From positions 115-64,114 of the forward strand of contig NDHX01000003.1 of the NCBI GenBank assembly GCA_013626165.1: a DNA stretch of 64,000 nt, given 5' to 3'. Source of the DNA: Candidatus Velesiimonas alkalicola. GTDB lineage: Bacteria > Omnitrophota > Gorgyraeia > Velesiimonadales > Velesiimonadaceae. Below are positions 38,895 to 47,799 of this stretch, piece after piece. How positions within the stretch are numbered: position 1 is the stretch's first letter; every line of letters starts with the position of its first letter. Below the pieces are notes generated by a model that was given only the letters and a program-made list of their open reading frames with translations, did no database searches and was not told where the DNA came from. The position numbers and the translations under genes are program-made.

Positions 38895-39089
38895 TTATTT
38901 CTTCTCTTTTTTGCTCTTTACAATAACCATCTGTCTTCCCCTGTAATATCCGCAAGAAGAACAAACACGATGTGTAAGACGGATTGCCCCGCACTGAGGA
39001 CAATCTGTAGAAGGCAATCCTGACACCCTCTGGTGTGTTCTTGATTTATCTCTTCTTGCCTGTGAGTGTCGCCTTTTAGGTAAAGCCAT
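38895..39089 (-). CDS. rpmF: 50S ribosomal protein L32
   Basis: 64 aa. MALPKRRHSQARRDKSRTHQ...CPQCGAIRLTHRVCSSCGYYRGR. Confidence 0.85.
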   Translation of the reverse strand: MALPKRRHSQARRDKSRTHQRVSGLPSTDCPQCGAIRLTHRVCSSCGYYRGRQMVIVKSKKEKK

Positions 39090-39125
39090 TTGAGCCTCCT
39101 TTTTTCTAAAGCAACAGGTTCACCG

Positions 39126-39245
39126 GTTACAGGTAACAGGGAAAAGCCGTACTCTGTATCCCGTCGCCCGTATTCCGTATACCGCATTCCATAAAAGATA
39201 CTTACGACGATACACGAACGACGGCTTTTCCCCGTTACCTCGTCA
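39126..39245. repeat. Family B intergenic repeat (MITE-like), copy 2, with ~19-bp terminal inverted repeats
   Basis: TIRs ggtaacagggaaaagccgt ... acggcttttccccgttacc flank the same ~63-bp core. Lies between yceD and rpmF. Confidence 0.6.
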
Positions 39246-39249
39246 TCTG

Positions 39250-39720
39250 TCACCTCGTCACCTGTTTTTTTAGTTTTTCTATACTTTTTATTCTACTTCT
39301 ATGAAATCTATCATCCTGCACACACTGACATTTTTCTTCATTTAGGTTTTTTCCGCATTTTGGACAAAGTCCTCTGCAATCGGGTGTGCAAAGCATCCTT
39401 ATAGGATAGTCTAAAATGAGTTCTTCTCTTACATCCTTTGTTATATCTGCCCCTTCCTTCTGGTTAATAGAATATGTAAATAAAAACTGCTTTTGTAGTT
39501 TTAACATAGATGTTTTAAGACATCTGGCACAAACAAACTCAAATGAAAAATTAACATCGGTAATGATATCAACCTTGCCGCCGTTTTTTATAACATCGCA
39601 TCTTATAATAACAGGGGATTGGATTTTTATATCCTTACGGTCAAGATCAATTTGCTCAGGTGCAAGTATCTCCTCTTTCAAAAGCCCGCTGGCCGGTATC
39701 TCACTAAGTTTTATTTTCAT
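39250..39720 (-). CDS. yceD: YceD/DUF177 family protein (23S rRNA accumulation protein)
   Basis: 156 aa. C-terminal CxxC...CxxC. Classic position upstream of rpmF-plsX. Confidence 0.75.
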   Translation of the reverse strand: MKIKLSEIPASGLLKEEILAPEQIDLDRKDIKIQSPVIIRCDVIKNGGKVDIITDVNFSFEFVCARCLKTSMLKLQKQFLFTYSINQKEGADITKDVREELILDYPIRMLCTPDCRGLCPKCGKNLNEEKCQCVQDDRFHRSRIKSIEKLKKQVTR

Positions 39721-39765
39721 ACACTTAAAACCAGGGCAAATATGTCCCTGGCTATAAGAAGTTCT

Positions 39766-40032
39766 TCATTTGTAGGAATAACAAAAAGAAACTGCGCCCT
39801 CAAAACAGGGGCGTCTTAAAACAGAATAGATTTCCACTCTGGTTTTATCTACATCAAAAATTTTTAACTTTTTAAGTACCTCTTCCGGTTCACCCAACAA
39901 AACAGACATACAATAATTATTCTTCAAAATAATCCTGATTGCATTAAGCGTCCTTTCTTCTGTGCTTTCTGGAAGTATAATCTTTTTACCTGAATTTTTA
40001 GTCCTTTTTCTTATATCGTCAATCAGCCCCAC
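39766..40032 (-). pseudogene. Remnant encoding only the N-terminal ~88 aa of a phosphate acetyl/butyryl-transferase (Pta/Ptb family)
   Basis: MGLIDDIRKRTKNSGKKIILPESTEERTLNAIRII... then a stop. No continuation in any frame before yceD. Confidence 0.45.
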
Positions 40033-40063
40033 ACATCCCCCTTTAATAAAGATTTTTCTCCCG

Positions 40064-40561
40064 TCATCTGCCCGCTGTAAGTTTAAGAAATTTTTCTCTT
40101 AGTCTTTTTTCAACAAACGGAGGAACAAACTTTGAAATATCCCCGCCAAGCGATGCAACCTGATTTATAAGCCGTGAAGAAATATAAAAATATTTTTCAT
40201 CCGGCATAATACAAACTGTTTCAATATCAGGTGCAAGGTTTCTGTTTGTAAGAGACATCTGGAGTTCATATTCAAAATCCGAAAAAACCCTTAATCCTCG
40301 GACAATAATCTTTGCTTTTTTCTTTTTTGCGAAATCAATAACAAGCCCCTTAAATCCTTCTACTTTTATATTTGATATGTCTTTAACCACAATTTGGACA
40401 ATCTCAATCCTTTCATCAAGTGAAAATAAAGACTTTTTATCAGGATTTTCCCCGACACCGACAATAACCCTGTCAAACATAGAACAAACCCTTTTAATTA
40501 CATCTATATGTCCGTAGGTAATAGGATCAAATGTCCCAGGGTATATAACAATATTTTTCAT
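40064..40561 (-). CDS. coaD: Phosphopantetheine adenylyltransferase (start at the internal MKNIVIYPGTFDP)
   Basis: IYPGTFDPITYGHIDVIKR. The ORF track has a 41-aa N-terminal extension. Confidence 0.8.
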   Translation of the reverse strand: MKNIVIYPGTFDPITYGHIDVIKRVCSMFDRVIVGVGENPDKKSLFSLDERIEIVQIVVKDISNIKVEGFKGLVIDFAKKKKAKIIVRGLRVFSDFEYELQMSLTNRNLAPDIETVCIMPDEKYFYISSRLINQVASLGGDISKFVPPFVEKRLREKFLKLTAGR

Positions 40562-40724
40562 TTTACTTTCCTTTTTATTGGCTACGGTTTTCAAACATAA
40601 AAGGCATAAATCACCCTTTTGAACAATAGAACAATTGAACATCAGACCGCAATTGAATATCGGCTTTATTGTTCTATTACTCAATTTTCAATTGCTCTAC
40701 CAATTTCGGGCCTAAACTCAAAAT

Positions 40725-40798
40725 TGGCTGCGGGACCTGGATTCGAACCAGGGTTACCTGATCCAGAGTCAGGCGTGCTACCACTGCACTATCCCGCA
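40725..40798 (-). tRNA. tRNA-Gln (anticodon CTG), U1:A72, discriminator G, CCA encoded
   Basis: Reverse complement TGCGGGATAGTGCAGTGGTAGCACGCCTGACTCTGGATCAGGTAACCCTGGTTCGAATCCAGGTCCCGCAGCCA. Anticodon loop is CCTGA-CTCTGGA-TCAGG. Confidence 0.75.
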
Positions 40799-42096
40799 AC
40801 AACGCTTTTCAATCTCTGTATCGCCCTTTCTTTCCCAAGAAGTTCCATAACCTCAAAAAGTCCTGGACTTACTTTTTTTCCTGTAAGCGCAACCCTTGCA
40901 GGTTGTGCTATACTTGCAATTTTAAGCCCTTTTTCTTCGGCAAGGCCTCTTAATATATTTTCCAAATTTTTTGAATTAAATTCAAGTAGGCCTTCAATTC
41001 TTCTGATAAATTCAGAAAGTAAATTCAGCGGTTCACTTTTTAGATATTCTTCCTTCAAAACAGGGTCTGTCCGGACATTTTCCTGTTTATAAACCTGAAC
41101 AGCATCAAATAAATCTGCAAGTGTTTTTACTCTTGTATGATATAATGCAACAAATCTTTTAGTCCACTCTTCATCAAGAAAAACCTCTGATTTTATAACA
41201 TTTTTCATATAATCTTTTAATTTTTTTATTACATCTTCCGCAGACATTGTTCTCATATACTGTGAATTTATCCATTCCAATTTTTTTATATCAAACATTG
41301 CACCTGTTTTGTTCACCTTTTCAAGACTGAAAATTTTTACCATAGTATTTACATCTAATATTTCCCTGTTATCACCAGGGGACCATCCCAAAAGTAAGAG
41401 AAAATTTATCATCGCATCAGGGTCAAAACCGTCTTTCCTGTACTGCGTAAGGCTTGTTGCCCCATGTCTTTTTGAAAGTCTGCTTCTATCTGTTCCAAGT
41501 ATCAGCGGTATATGTGCATATTGAGGAATAGAAAACCTCAGCGCTTCATACAATACAATCTGTTTGGGTGTGTTTGATATATGGTCTTCTCCTCTTATTA
41601 TATGTGTTATTCCCATCGTTGCATCATCTACAACATTGGCAAAGTTAAAAGCAGGATACCCATCTGATTTTATTATGGGAAGGTCTTCAAATATAGATGT
41701 ATCAATACTTATCTTTCCTCTTACAATATCATCTACCACAACATTTTTCTTTGGCATTTTAAATACTACTCCCTTAAACAAACTTCCTTCCTGTTTTTGA
41801 CAGTATGCAAGCCCTTTTTCAAGCAGTTGTTCGGCATATTTCTTGTATATATCAAGCCTCTGTGACTGGTAATACGGACCTTCATCTGTTTTAAGCCCCA
41901 ACCAATCAAGCCCATTAGTAATGTCCAGAAGATACTCATCCTTTGAACGAACACTATCGGTATCTTCTATGCGAAGAATAAATACCCCGCTGTTATGCCT
42001 TGCAAATAGCCAGTTAAAAAGCGCTGTCCTTGCCCCTCCTATATGAAGAAAACCCGTAGGGCTTGGCGCAAAACGAACACGAACCTTACCTTGCAT
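40789..42096 (-). CDS. gltX: Glutamyl-tRNA synthetase (the 3' end overlaps tRNA-Gln by ~10 nt)
   Basis: 435 aa. VRVRFAPSPTGFLHIGGARTALFNW (HIGH) and KLSKR. Confidence 0.85.
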   Translation of the reverse strand: MQGKVRVRFAPSPTGFLHIGGARTALFNWLFARHNSGVFILRIEDTDSVRSKDEYLLDITNGLDWLGLKTDEGPYYQSQRLDIYKKYAEQLLEKGLAYCQKQEGSLFKGVVFKMPKKNVVVDDIVRGKISIDTSIFEDLPIIKSDGYPAFNFANVVDDATMGITHIIRGEDHISNTPKQIVLYEALRFSIPQYAHIPLILGTDRSRLSKRHGATSLTQYRKDGFDPDAMINFLLLLGWSPGDNREILDVNTMVKIFSLEKVNKTGAMFDIKKLEWINSQYMRTMSAEDVIKKLKDYMKNVIKSEVFLDEEWTKRFVALYHTRVKTLADLFDAVQVYKQENVRTDPVLKEEYLKSEPLNLLSEFIRRIEGLLEFNSKNLENILRGLAEEKGLKIASIAQPARVALTGKKVSPGLFEVMELLGKERAIQRLKSVVAG

Positions 42097-42097
42097 T

Positions 42098-42691
42098 CTA
42101 TCTCCTGTTTCTTATTTTCCATCCCTGTTCCAGTGCCTTTTTGTTTAATTCAAAATACCGCTTTTTTGAAGATCCCAAAGCATCATCCATAATATTTATA
42201 ATATCACTTATTTTAAAAATATTTGTAACTTTACAAAAGGCTCCTAACATAACAAGATTGGAAATTTTTATATTCCCGATATCTGATGCAATCTGTGTTG
42301 CGGAAATTCCGACCTGATTTATATTTTTAATTTTTTTCTCCTTTATCATTGAACTATTAAAAATAATTATTCCATCTGTGTTTAACCTTCTAAAAAAAGA
42401 ATCGTAAGAAATCTGGTTCATTGTAATAAAATAGTCTGCCTTATCAAACTCTGGCATTGCAATCGGTTGGCTTGATATTACAACACTGCAGTAAGCCTCC
42501 CCTCCCCGCACCTCGGCACCATATGCAGGCAGAATAGTTATAAAATATCTGTTTCTCATTGCAGCCCATCCTAACATCTTCCCCATTACAATGATACCCT
42601 GACCGCCACGACCTCCACACAATATTCTTTTTACATCACTCATTTCAGAACTCCCAACGGAAAAGTTTTTATCAATTCGTTCTGGAGCCAT
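42098..42691 (-). CDS. korC: 2-oxoacid:ferredoxin oxidoreductase gamma subunit
   Basis: 197 aa. ILCGGRGGQGIIVMGKML. Confidence 0.75.
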   Translation of the reverse strand: MAPERIDKNFSVGSSEMSDVKRILCGGRGGQGIIVMGKMLGWAAMRNRYFITILPAYGAEVRGGEAYCSVVISSQPIAMPEFDKADYFITMNQISYDSFFRRLNTDGIIIFNSSMIKEKKIKNINQVGISATQIASDIGNIKISNLVMLGAFCKVTNIFKISDIINIMDDALGSSKKRYFELNKKALEQGWKIRNRR

Positions 42692-43362
42692 AATGCAGAC
42701 TCAACAGGCGTCTTATCCCAGCAGCTGGGACAGGTAGATAAAATTTCAACCAGTGAAAATCCTTTTTTTTCTATCTGATTCTGGAACGCTTTTTTTATGG
42801 CCTTTTTTGTTTTTATAACATTTTGAGGGTTATGAACAGATGTTCTTTCAATATATGCAACTGCTGGCAGAAGTGCAAGCATCTCAGATATTTTCAAAGG
42901 ATAGCCATCATCTTCAGGATTTCTTCCATCAGGTGTTGTTGCGGTTTTCTGTCCGATAAGTGTAGTAGGGGCCATCTGTCCTTGTGTCATACCATAAACG
43001 GCGTTGTTTATAAAAAATATACAAATATTTTCACCCCTGTTTGCACAGTGGATAATCTCTGCAAGCCCTATTGCAGCAAGGTCCCCATCCCCCTGACATC
43101 CGAAAACTATTCTATCAGGTAGCACCCTTTTAATCCCCATTGCAACAGCAGGGACTCTTCCGTGTGCTGCCTCTGTCGTGTCAAAGTTCCAGTAGTTATA
43201 TGCAAGAACAGCACAACCGATAGGCGCAATACCTATGGTTTTCTCTCTTATATTAAGTTCATCTATTGCCTCACATATAAGACGGGTAATGATCCCATGT
43301 CCACACCCTGCACAATAATGCGTAACATTGTGCTTCATACTTTTGGGAAACCAACTTATCAT
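42640..43362 (-). CDS. korB: 2-oxoacid:ferredoxin oxidoreductase beta subunit (TPP-binding)
   Basis: 240 aa. YCAGCGHG...GCQGDGD. Confidence 0.8.
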   Translation of the reverse strand: MISWFPKSMKHNVTHYCAGCGHGIITRLICEAIDELNIREKTIGIAPIGCAVLAYNYWNFDTTEAAHGRVPAVAMGIKRVLPDRIVFGCQGDGDLAAIGLAEIIHCANRGENICIFFINNAVYGMTQGQMAPTTLIGQKTATTPDGRNPEDDGYPLKISEMLALLPAVAYIERTSVHNPQNVIKTKKAIKKAFQNQIEKKGFSLVEILSTCPSCWDKTPVESALWLQNELIKTFPLGVLK

Positions 43363-43364
43363 CT

Positions 43365-44399
43365 TTATAATAACCTCAAAACTTGTTTTTCATCTGGAAT
43401 GTTACCCCCCATTCTTCCATAAAATTCAATAGCACACCTTCCTTCAACTGAAATTTTAATATCCTCTAACATCTGCCCGGCATTCATTTCAACCACAACT
43501 ATTTTTTTTACCTTTTCAGAAATTTTTCTTAAAAAAGACCGCGGAAATGGCCAGAGCGTTATTGGTCTAAACCATCCGGCATTGATACCCTTTTTTCTTG
43601 CGTCTTCTACAACAGCCTTACATATTCTGGAAACAGTTCCAAAAGAAACAACAAGAGTTTGCGTCCCATTTTTTATATCTGCTTCAAACCGTATTTCTTT
43701 TTTTTCTATTTCCCGGTATCTGCCCTGCAGTCTTAAATTTAAGTTTTCAAGCTCATCAGGTTTTAGTAAAAGAGAACGGATAATTCTCGGCTTCCTGTTT
43801 TTACATCCGTCCAATATCCATTCTTTATCAATCTTTATGGACTTAAACTTTTTTATCTCCAATGGCTCTATCATCTGGGCAAGAATACTATCTCCAAGAA
43901 CAATGACAGGAGTTCTGTATTTTACCGCAAGGTAAAATGCATCATACATCAGGCCATACATTTCCTGAACACTTGAAGGCGCAAGTGTTATGGTTCTATA
44001 ATCGCCGTGACCGCCGCCACGTGTTGCCTGAAAATAATCACCCTGAGCAGAGGCAATATTTCCAAGTCCTGGGCCACCCCGCATCATATTTACAATAACT
44101 GCTGGAAGCTCGCATCCTGCACAATACGATATACCTTCCTGCTTTAAACTTATACCAGGGCTTGAGGAAGAGGTCATTACAAGTGCGCCTGTTACAGATG
44201 CGCCAAATACCATGTTTATGGAACTGATTTCGGATTCTGCCTGAATAAATGTGCCACCAACCTCTTTTATTCTTTTTGCCATATATTCGGTCAGTTCGTT
44301 CTGAGGGGTTATAGGATAGCCTGCATAAAATCTACATCCCGACTGGATGGCCCCTTCACCGCAAGATTCATTTCCACTTGCAAGAATTATGTTTTTCAT
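43365..44399 (-). CDS. korA: 2-oxoacid:ferredoxin oxidoreductase alpha subunit
   Basis: 344 aa. Confidence 0.8.
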   Translation of the reverse strand: MKNIILASGNESCGEGAIQSGCRFYAGYPITPQNELTEYMAKRIKEVGGTFIQAESEISSINMVFGASVTGALVMTSSSSPGISLKQEGISYCAGCELPAVIVNMMRGGPGLGNIASAQGDYFQATRGGGHGDYRTITLAPSSVQEMYGLMYDAFYLAVKYRTPVIVLGDSILAQMIEPLEIKKFKSIKIDKEWILDGCKNRKPRIIRSLLLKPDELENLNLRLQGRYREIEKKEIRFEADIKNGTQTLVVSFGTVSRICKAVVEDARKKGINAGWFRPITLWPFPRSFLRKISEKVKKIVVVEMNAGQMLEDIKISVEGRCAIEFYGRMGGNIPDEKQVLRLL

Positions 44400-44636
44400 T
44401 CATCCTCTACGAATAATTAAACATCCCTGCCCGCCTTTATCTACCATTTTTATTGCCATATCCGGACATATGATTGCACAGATACCACAACCAGCACACT
44501 CCTTCGTTAAATATTCAACAGTTTGGACACCTGACTGTGTAACCTGTTTTGATAAATACAAAACTTTTTTAGGACAGTACATAACACACAGACCACAGCC
44601 TTTGCATCTGTTCTTATTTATTATTATTTTAGACAT
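44400..44636 (-). CDS. korD: 4Fe-4S ferredoxin delta subunit of the oxidoreductase
   Basis: 78 aa. Two CxxCxxCxxxCP motifs. Confidence 0.8.
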   Translation of the reverse strand: MSKIIINKNRCKGCGLCVMYCPKKVLYLSKQVTQSGVQTVEYLTKECAGCGICAIICPDMAIKMVDKGGQGCLIIRRG

Positions 44637-44768
44637 CGTCAGGGTATGATACCATTAAAGGCAGGATAAATCAAATTAAGAGTGTGAGCAAAAACCCCCT
44701 TTAGGCGCAATGCCTGATACAACAAAAACACTGAATTCCACAATTTAATCGGGAAATCCATCTCTTAA

Positions 44769-44810
44769 AATTCCCCTCTTATAAGGGGGTGTCCTAAAAG
44801 GGACGGGGTG
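44769..44810. repeat. Intergenic family A REP-like element (between korD and the NTase-fold gene)
   Basis: aattcccctcttataagggggtgtcctaaaagggacggggtg. Confidence 0.7.
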
Positions 44811-44811
44811 T

Positions 44812-45396
44812 TTAAGAGTGTTGCAGCATTTTTAATTTTCTAAACCGTTTATCTTTATGCACAATTTTTGAAAGATTTAATGCCTTCTCCTTTTCCTTTT
44901 GCCCCATCACTGAAAGTAAATTCAAGATATCGTATTCATCTTTTAAGCCCCCGGCTTGAAGCTTCATTGCCACAAGATATGGCTTTGAAAAACAAGGAAA
45001 AGCAAGCCCTAAATCCTCTGCATTTTCAAGAGCTTCTATTTCCCATCCATAATGTGCAAATAAAATATCTATTGTCGGACACTCGCCCTCAATATGAGCA
45101 ATCCGTATAAGTGAATGTTTAAGGGGGTCTGAAATATTTGTAAAAGGTTTGTATTCAACATTAAAATCTAAAAGTTTTTGCTTCAAAAAAATAAAAAGGT
45201 TTTCAGGGTCAATCTCTTTCTGATTCTTATCAGTTATAACTACACATAAATCAACATCCATTGTTGTTCTCGGCACACCCTGCGAAATGATCGCCTGCCC
45301 ACCGATTAAAGCAGCCTTAATGTTGCAATTTTTTAATCTGCTAAACTTCTCTAAATTTTTTTTGACCAATCTTAAGGTACTCTTGATAGACTTCAT
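44812..45396 (-). CDS. Nucleotidyltransferase-fold protein (minimal NTase motif GGQAIISQGVPRTTMDVDL); start uncertain
   Basis: 194 aa. Overlaps the upstream small ORF by 56 nt. Confidence 0.45.
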   Translation of the reverse strand: MKSIKSTLRLVKKNLEKFSRLKNCNIKAALIGGQAIISQGVPRTTMDVDLCVVITDKNQKEIDPENLFIFLKQKLLDFNVEYKPFTNISDPLKHSLIRIAHIEGECPTIDILFAHYGWEIEALENAEDLGLAFPCFSKPYLVAMKLQAGGLKDEYDILNLLSVMGQKEKEKALNLSKIVHKDKRFRKLKMLQHS

Positions 45397-45526
45397 ATTC
45401 GGTTTTTCCTGTTCTTAATGCCCTTATCTTGATATGCTCCTTCAATATCCTCTCCATTGTTTCAATCCTCTTAACAGGGGATAATTTTAAAAACTGTTCC
45501 TGAATAATTTTTCTTTTACTTTGCAT
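45341..45526 (-). CDS. Small hypothetical protein (61 aa) immediately upstream of, and overlapping, the NTase-fold gene
   Basis: ORF only. Possible antitoxin-like partner. Confidence 0.3.
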   Translation of the reverse strand: MQSKRKIIQEQFLKLSPVKRIETMERILKEHIKIRALRTGKTEYEVYQEYLKIGQKKFREV

Positions 45527-46628
45527 TTATTACCTGATTTACAAGACTTAAAACCGCATCTTTTTTATACAAACGAACCATCTTTGACGATATTTCGTCT
45601 TTTATATTTTTATCAATAATCCTTAAAATTTCACAACAGAGAACCTCTGGGCTTAATTCTTTTTCTTCTATAACAATACAACCCGTTTTTGTTTGTAGCC
45701 ATCTCGCATTATAAACCTGATGATTTGTTCCAGCAGAATGGGGGATAAGTATTGCAGGAAGACCGAAAGCACACAGTTCAGTTATTGTCCCTGCTCCTGC
45801 CCTGCATATTGCAACATTGGATACCTTATATATACCTGTTATTTTATCAGAGAAATCGAAAACAACGCAGGGTATTTTAAGAAGAGCATACCTTTGCCGG
45901 ACAGATTTATAATCTGCTATGCCCGTTATATGTATAACCTGTATACGGGATTTTATGTTTTCTGGCAATTTTTCCAATGCTAACAAAACCTGTTCATTTA
46001 TTAAGTGCGAGCCCTGACTTCCTCCTAAAACAAGTATTGTCGTTTTATCTTTGCTTAAGGAGTTTTGTGGCAGGATATTGTTAAATATATCTTCTTTTAT
46101 TAAATTTCCTGTATAAACAACATTTTTGTTCTTAAAATATTTTTTGGCATCCTCAATCCCGACAGCAACAGTACTTGCATATTTAGAAAGAAAAAGATTT
46201 GCCCTTCCAGGTGTGGCATTCTGTTCATGTATAAGGATTGGTATATTAAGCATCTTTGCTGAAAATACAACCGGAGCAGATGCAAACCCCCCCATACCAA
46301 CAACAACCGAGGGAGAAATGTTTTTTAAGATTTTTTTGGAATAGAAAATACCGCAGGACATTATTTTAAAAAATCTAAGCCAATAAAAAATATTTTTATC
46401 CGTAGGCATTGCAATACTGGGAACAGGAAAAGCAGAAAATCCCTGTTTTTTAAATATTTCAGCCTCCTTGTCCATAACAAATTTTTTCTTTTCTGAACAG
46501 AAAAATACCACCTCATATCCCAGTTCTTTTAACTTCTTTCCAAGCACAATCCCGGGTAATATATGTCCAGTTGTTCCCCCGCAGGCAATTACAATTTTTT
46601 TATTTTTGGCAACGCAACCGTTGTTCAT
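45516..46628 (-). CDS. murG: UDP-N-acetylglucosamine--N-acetylmuramyl-(pentapeptide) pyrophosphoryl-undecaprenol N-acetylglucosamine transferase
   Basis: KKIVIACGGTTGHILPG... Start taken at MNNG. The ORF track extends to 46691. Confidence 0.85.
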   Translation of the reverse strand: MNNGCVAKNKKIVIACGGTTGHILPGIVLGKKLKELGYEVVFFCSEKKKFVMDKEAEIFKKQGFSAFPVPSIAMPTDKNIFYWLRFFKIMSCGIFYSKKILKNISPSVVVGMGGFASAPVVFSAKMLNIPILIHEQNATPGRANLFLSKYASTVAVGIEDAKKYFKNKNVVYTGNLIKEDIFNNILPQNSLSKDKTTILVLGGSQGSHLINEQVLLALEKLPENIKSRIQVIHITGIADYKSVRQRYALLKIPCVVFDFSDKITGIYKVSNVAICRAGAGTITELCAFGLPAILIPHSAGTNHQVYNARWLQTKTGCIVIEEKELSPEVLCCEILRIIDKNIKDEISSKMVRLYKKDAVLSLVNQVINAK

Positions 46629-47767
46629 ACCAACCTGTTTTTTATATCTTTTCCCACATTTAATACTATGCCGATTAAAACAAGATTGCACACAAGTGCA
46701 GAGCCTCCGTAAGACAAAAAGGGGAGTACAAGTCCTTTTGTAGGAAGAAGCGCCAGAGATACTGCTATATTTATCCCAATCTCTATTGCAAGCTTACTTA
46801 TAATACCTATTACAATTAGATGTCCAAAAAGATCGTTTGACTTAAAGGCAATCCTTGCACTATGAAAAAGCACCGACAGATACAAAAAAAGTATGACAGC
46901 CGCTCCTATAAATCCAAGTTCTTCTGCTATTATTGAAAAGATAAAATCTGTATGCGCTTCTGGAAGAAAATAAAGTTTCTGATACGAATCGCCCAATCCT
47001 TTTCCAAAAAAACCACCTGAACCGATTGCAATAAGAGACTGGATCGGTTGATAGCCAACACCCAGGGGGTCTCTCCAGGGATTTATAAATGTAAGAACCC
47101 TTTCTATTCTATAAGCCTTATGTATTATAAATGCAATTACAACAGGAATGCTACCGATAACCATTGGGACAATATGAACCATCCTTATGCCCGCAACATA
47201 AAACATAATAGATGCTATAAATATTATTATAACAGAGGTACCCAGGTCAGGCCCAATAATGATAAGCCCCGTGCACAGACCAAGTATAAGCATAGGAGGA
47301 AGAAATCCTTCAGAAAAACTGTTTATCTTCGGCTGTTTTCTTGAAAGTACCTCGGCAAGATACAGGATAAGTGTTATCTTTGCAAACTCGGAAGGTTGAA
47401 AACTAAATGGCCCTATCACAAACCATCTTCTTGCTCCTCTTATTTCATGACCTATACCTGGAATAAGAACAAGCAAAAGAAGAAGGATTGTCAAAAAAAG
47501 AAGGGGTTTTGTCCACTTTCTTAATTTTACATAGTCTATGCTCATTACAAAGAACATCAGGATAAGGCCTACTATAAAAAATAAAATGTGCCGCTTTAAA
47601 AAAAATTCACCATCTCCAAATCTTTCAAGTGCAAATAAAGAACTTGCACTGTAAACCATAACAATACCTATACAGGTGAGAATTAAAACACTAAAAAACA
47701 ATGAAAGCCTTGAATTACGCATATCTATATCTAAAGCAAAGCATAAGTTCCAACCCATTAAGGGCAA
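46625..47767 (-). CDS. ftsW: Cell division protein FtsW (SEDS family)
   Basis: 380 aa polytopic membrane protein. VMVYSAS. The true start is possibly the internal Met at ~47722. Confidence 0.8.
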   Translation of the reverse strand: MPLMGWNLCFALDIDMRNSRLSLFFSVLILTCIGIVMVYSASSLFALERFGDGEFFLKRHILFFIVGLILMFFVMSIDYVKLRKWTKPLLFLTILLLLLVLIPGIGHEIRGARRWFVIGPFSFQPSEFAKITLILYLAEVLSRKQPKINSFSEGFLPPMLILGLCTGLIIIGPDLGTSVIIIFIASIMFYVAGIRMVHIVPMVIGSIPVVIAFIIHKAYRIERVLTFINPWRDPLGVGYQPIQSLIAIGSGGFFGKGLGDSYQKLYFLPEAHTDFIFSIIAEELGFIGAAVILFLYLSVLFHSARIAFKSNDLFGHLIVIGIISKLAIEIGINIAVSLALLPTKGLVLPFLSYGGSALVCNLVLIGIVLNVGKDIKNRLV

Positions 47768-47799
47768 TGCTTACAAATTTTTTCCCTTTTAACTTAAAT

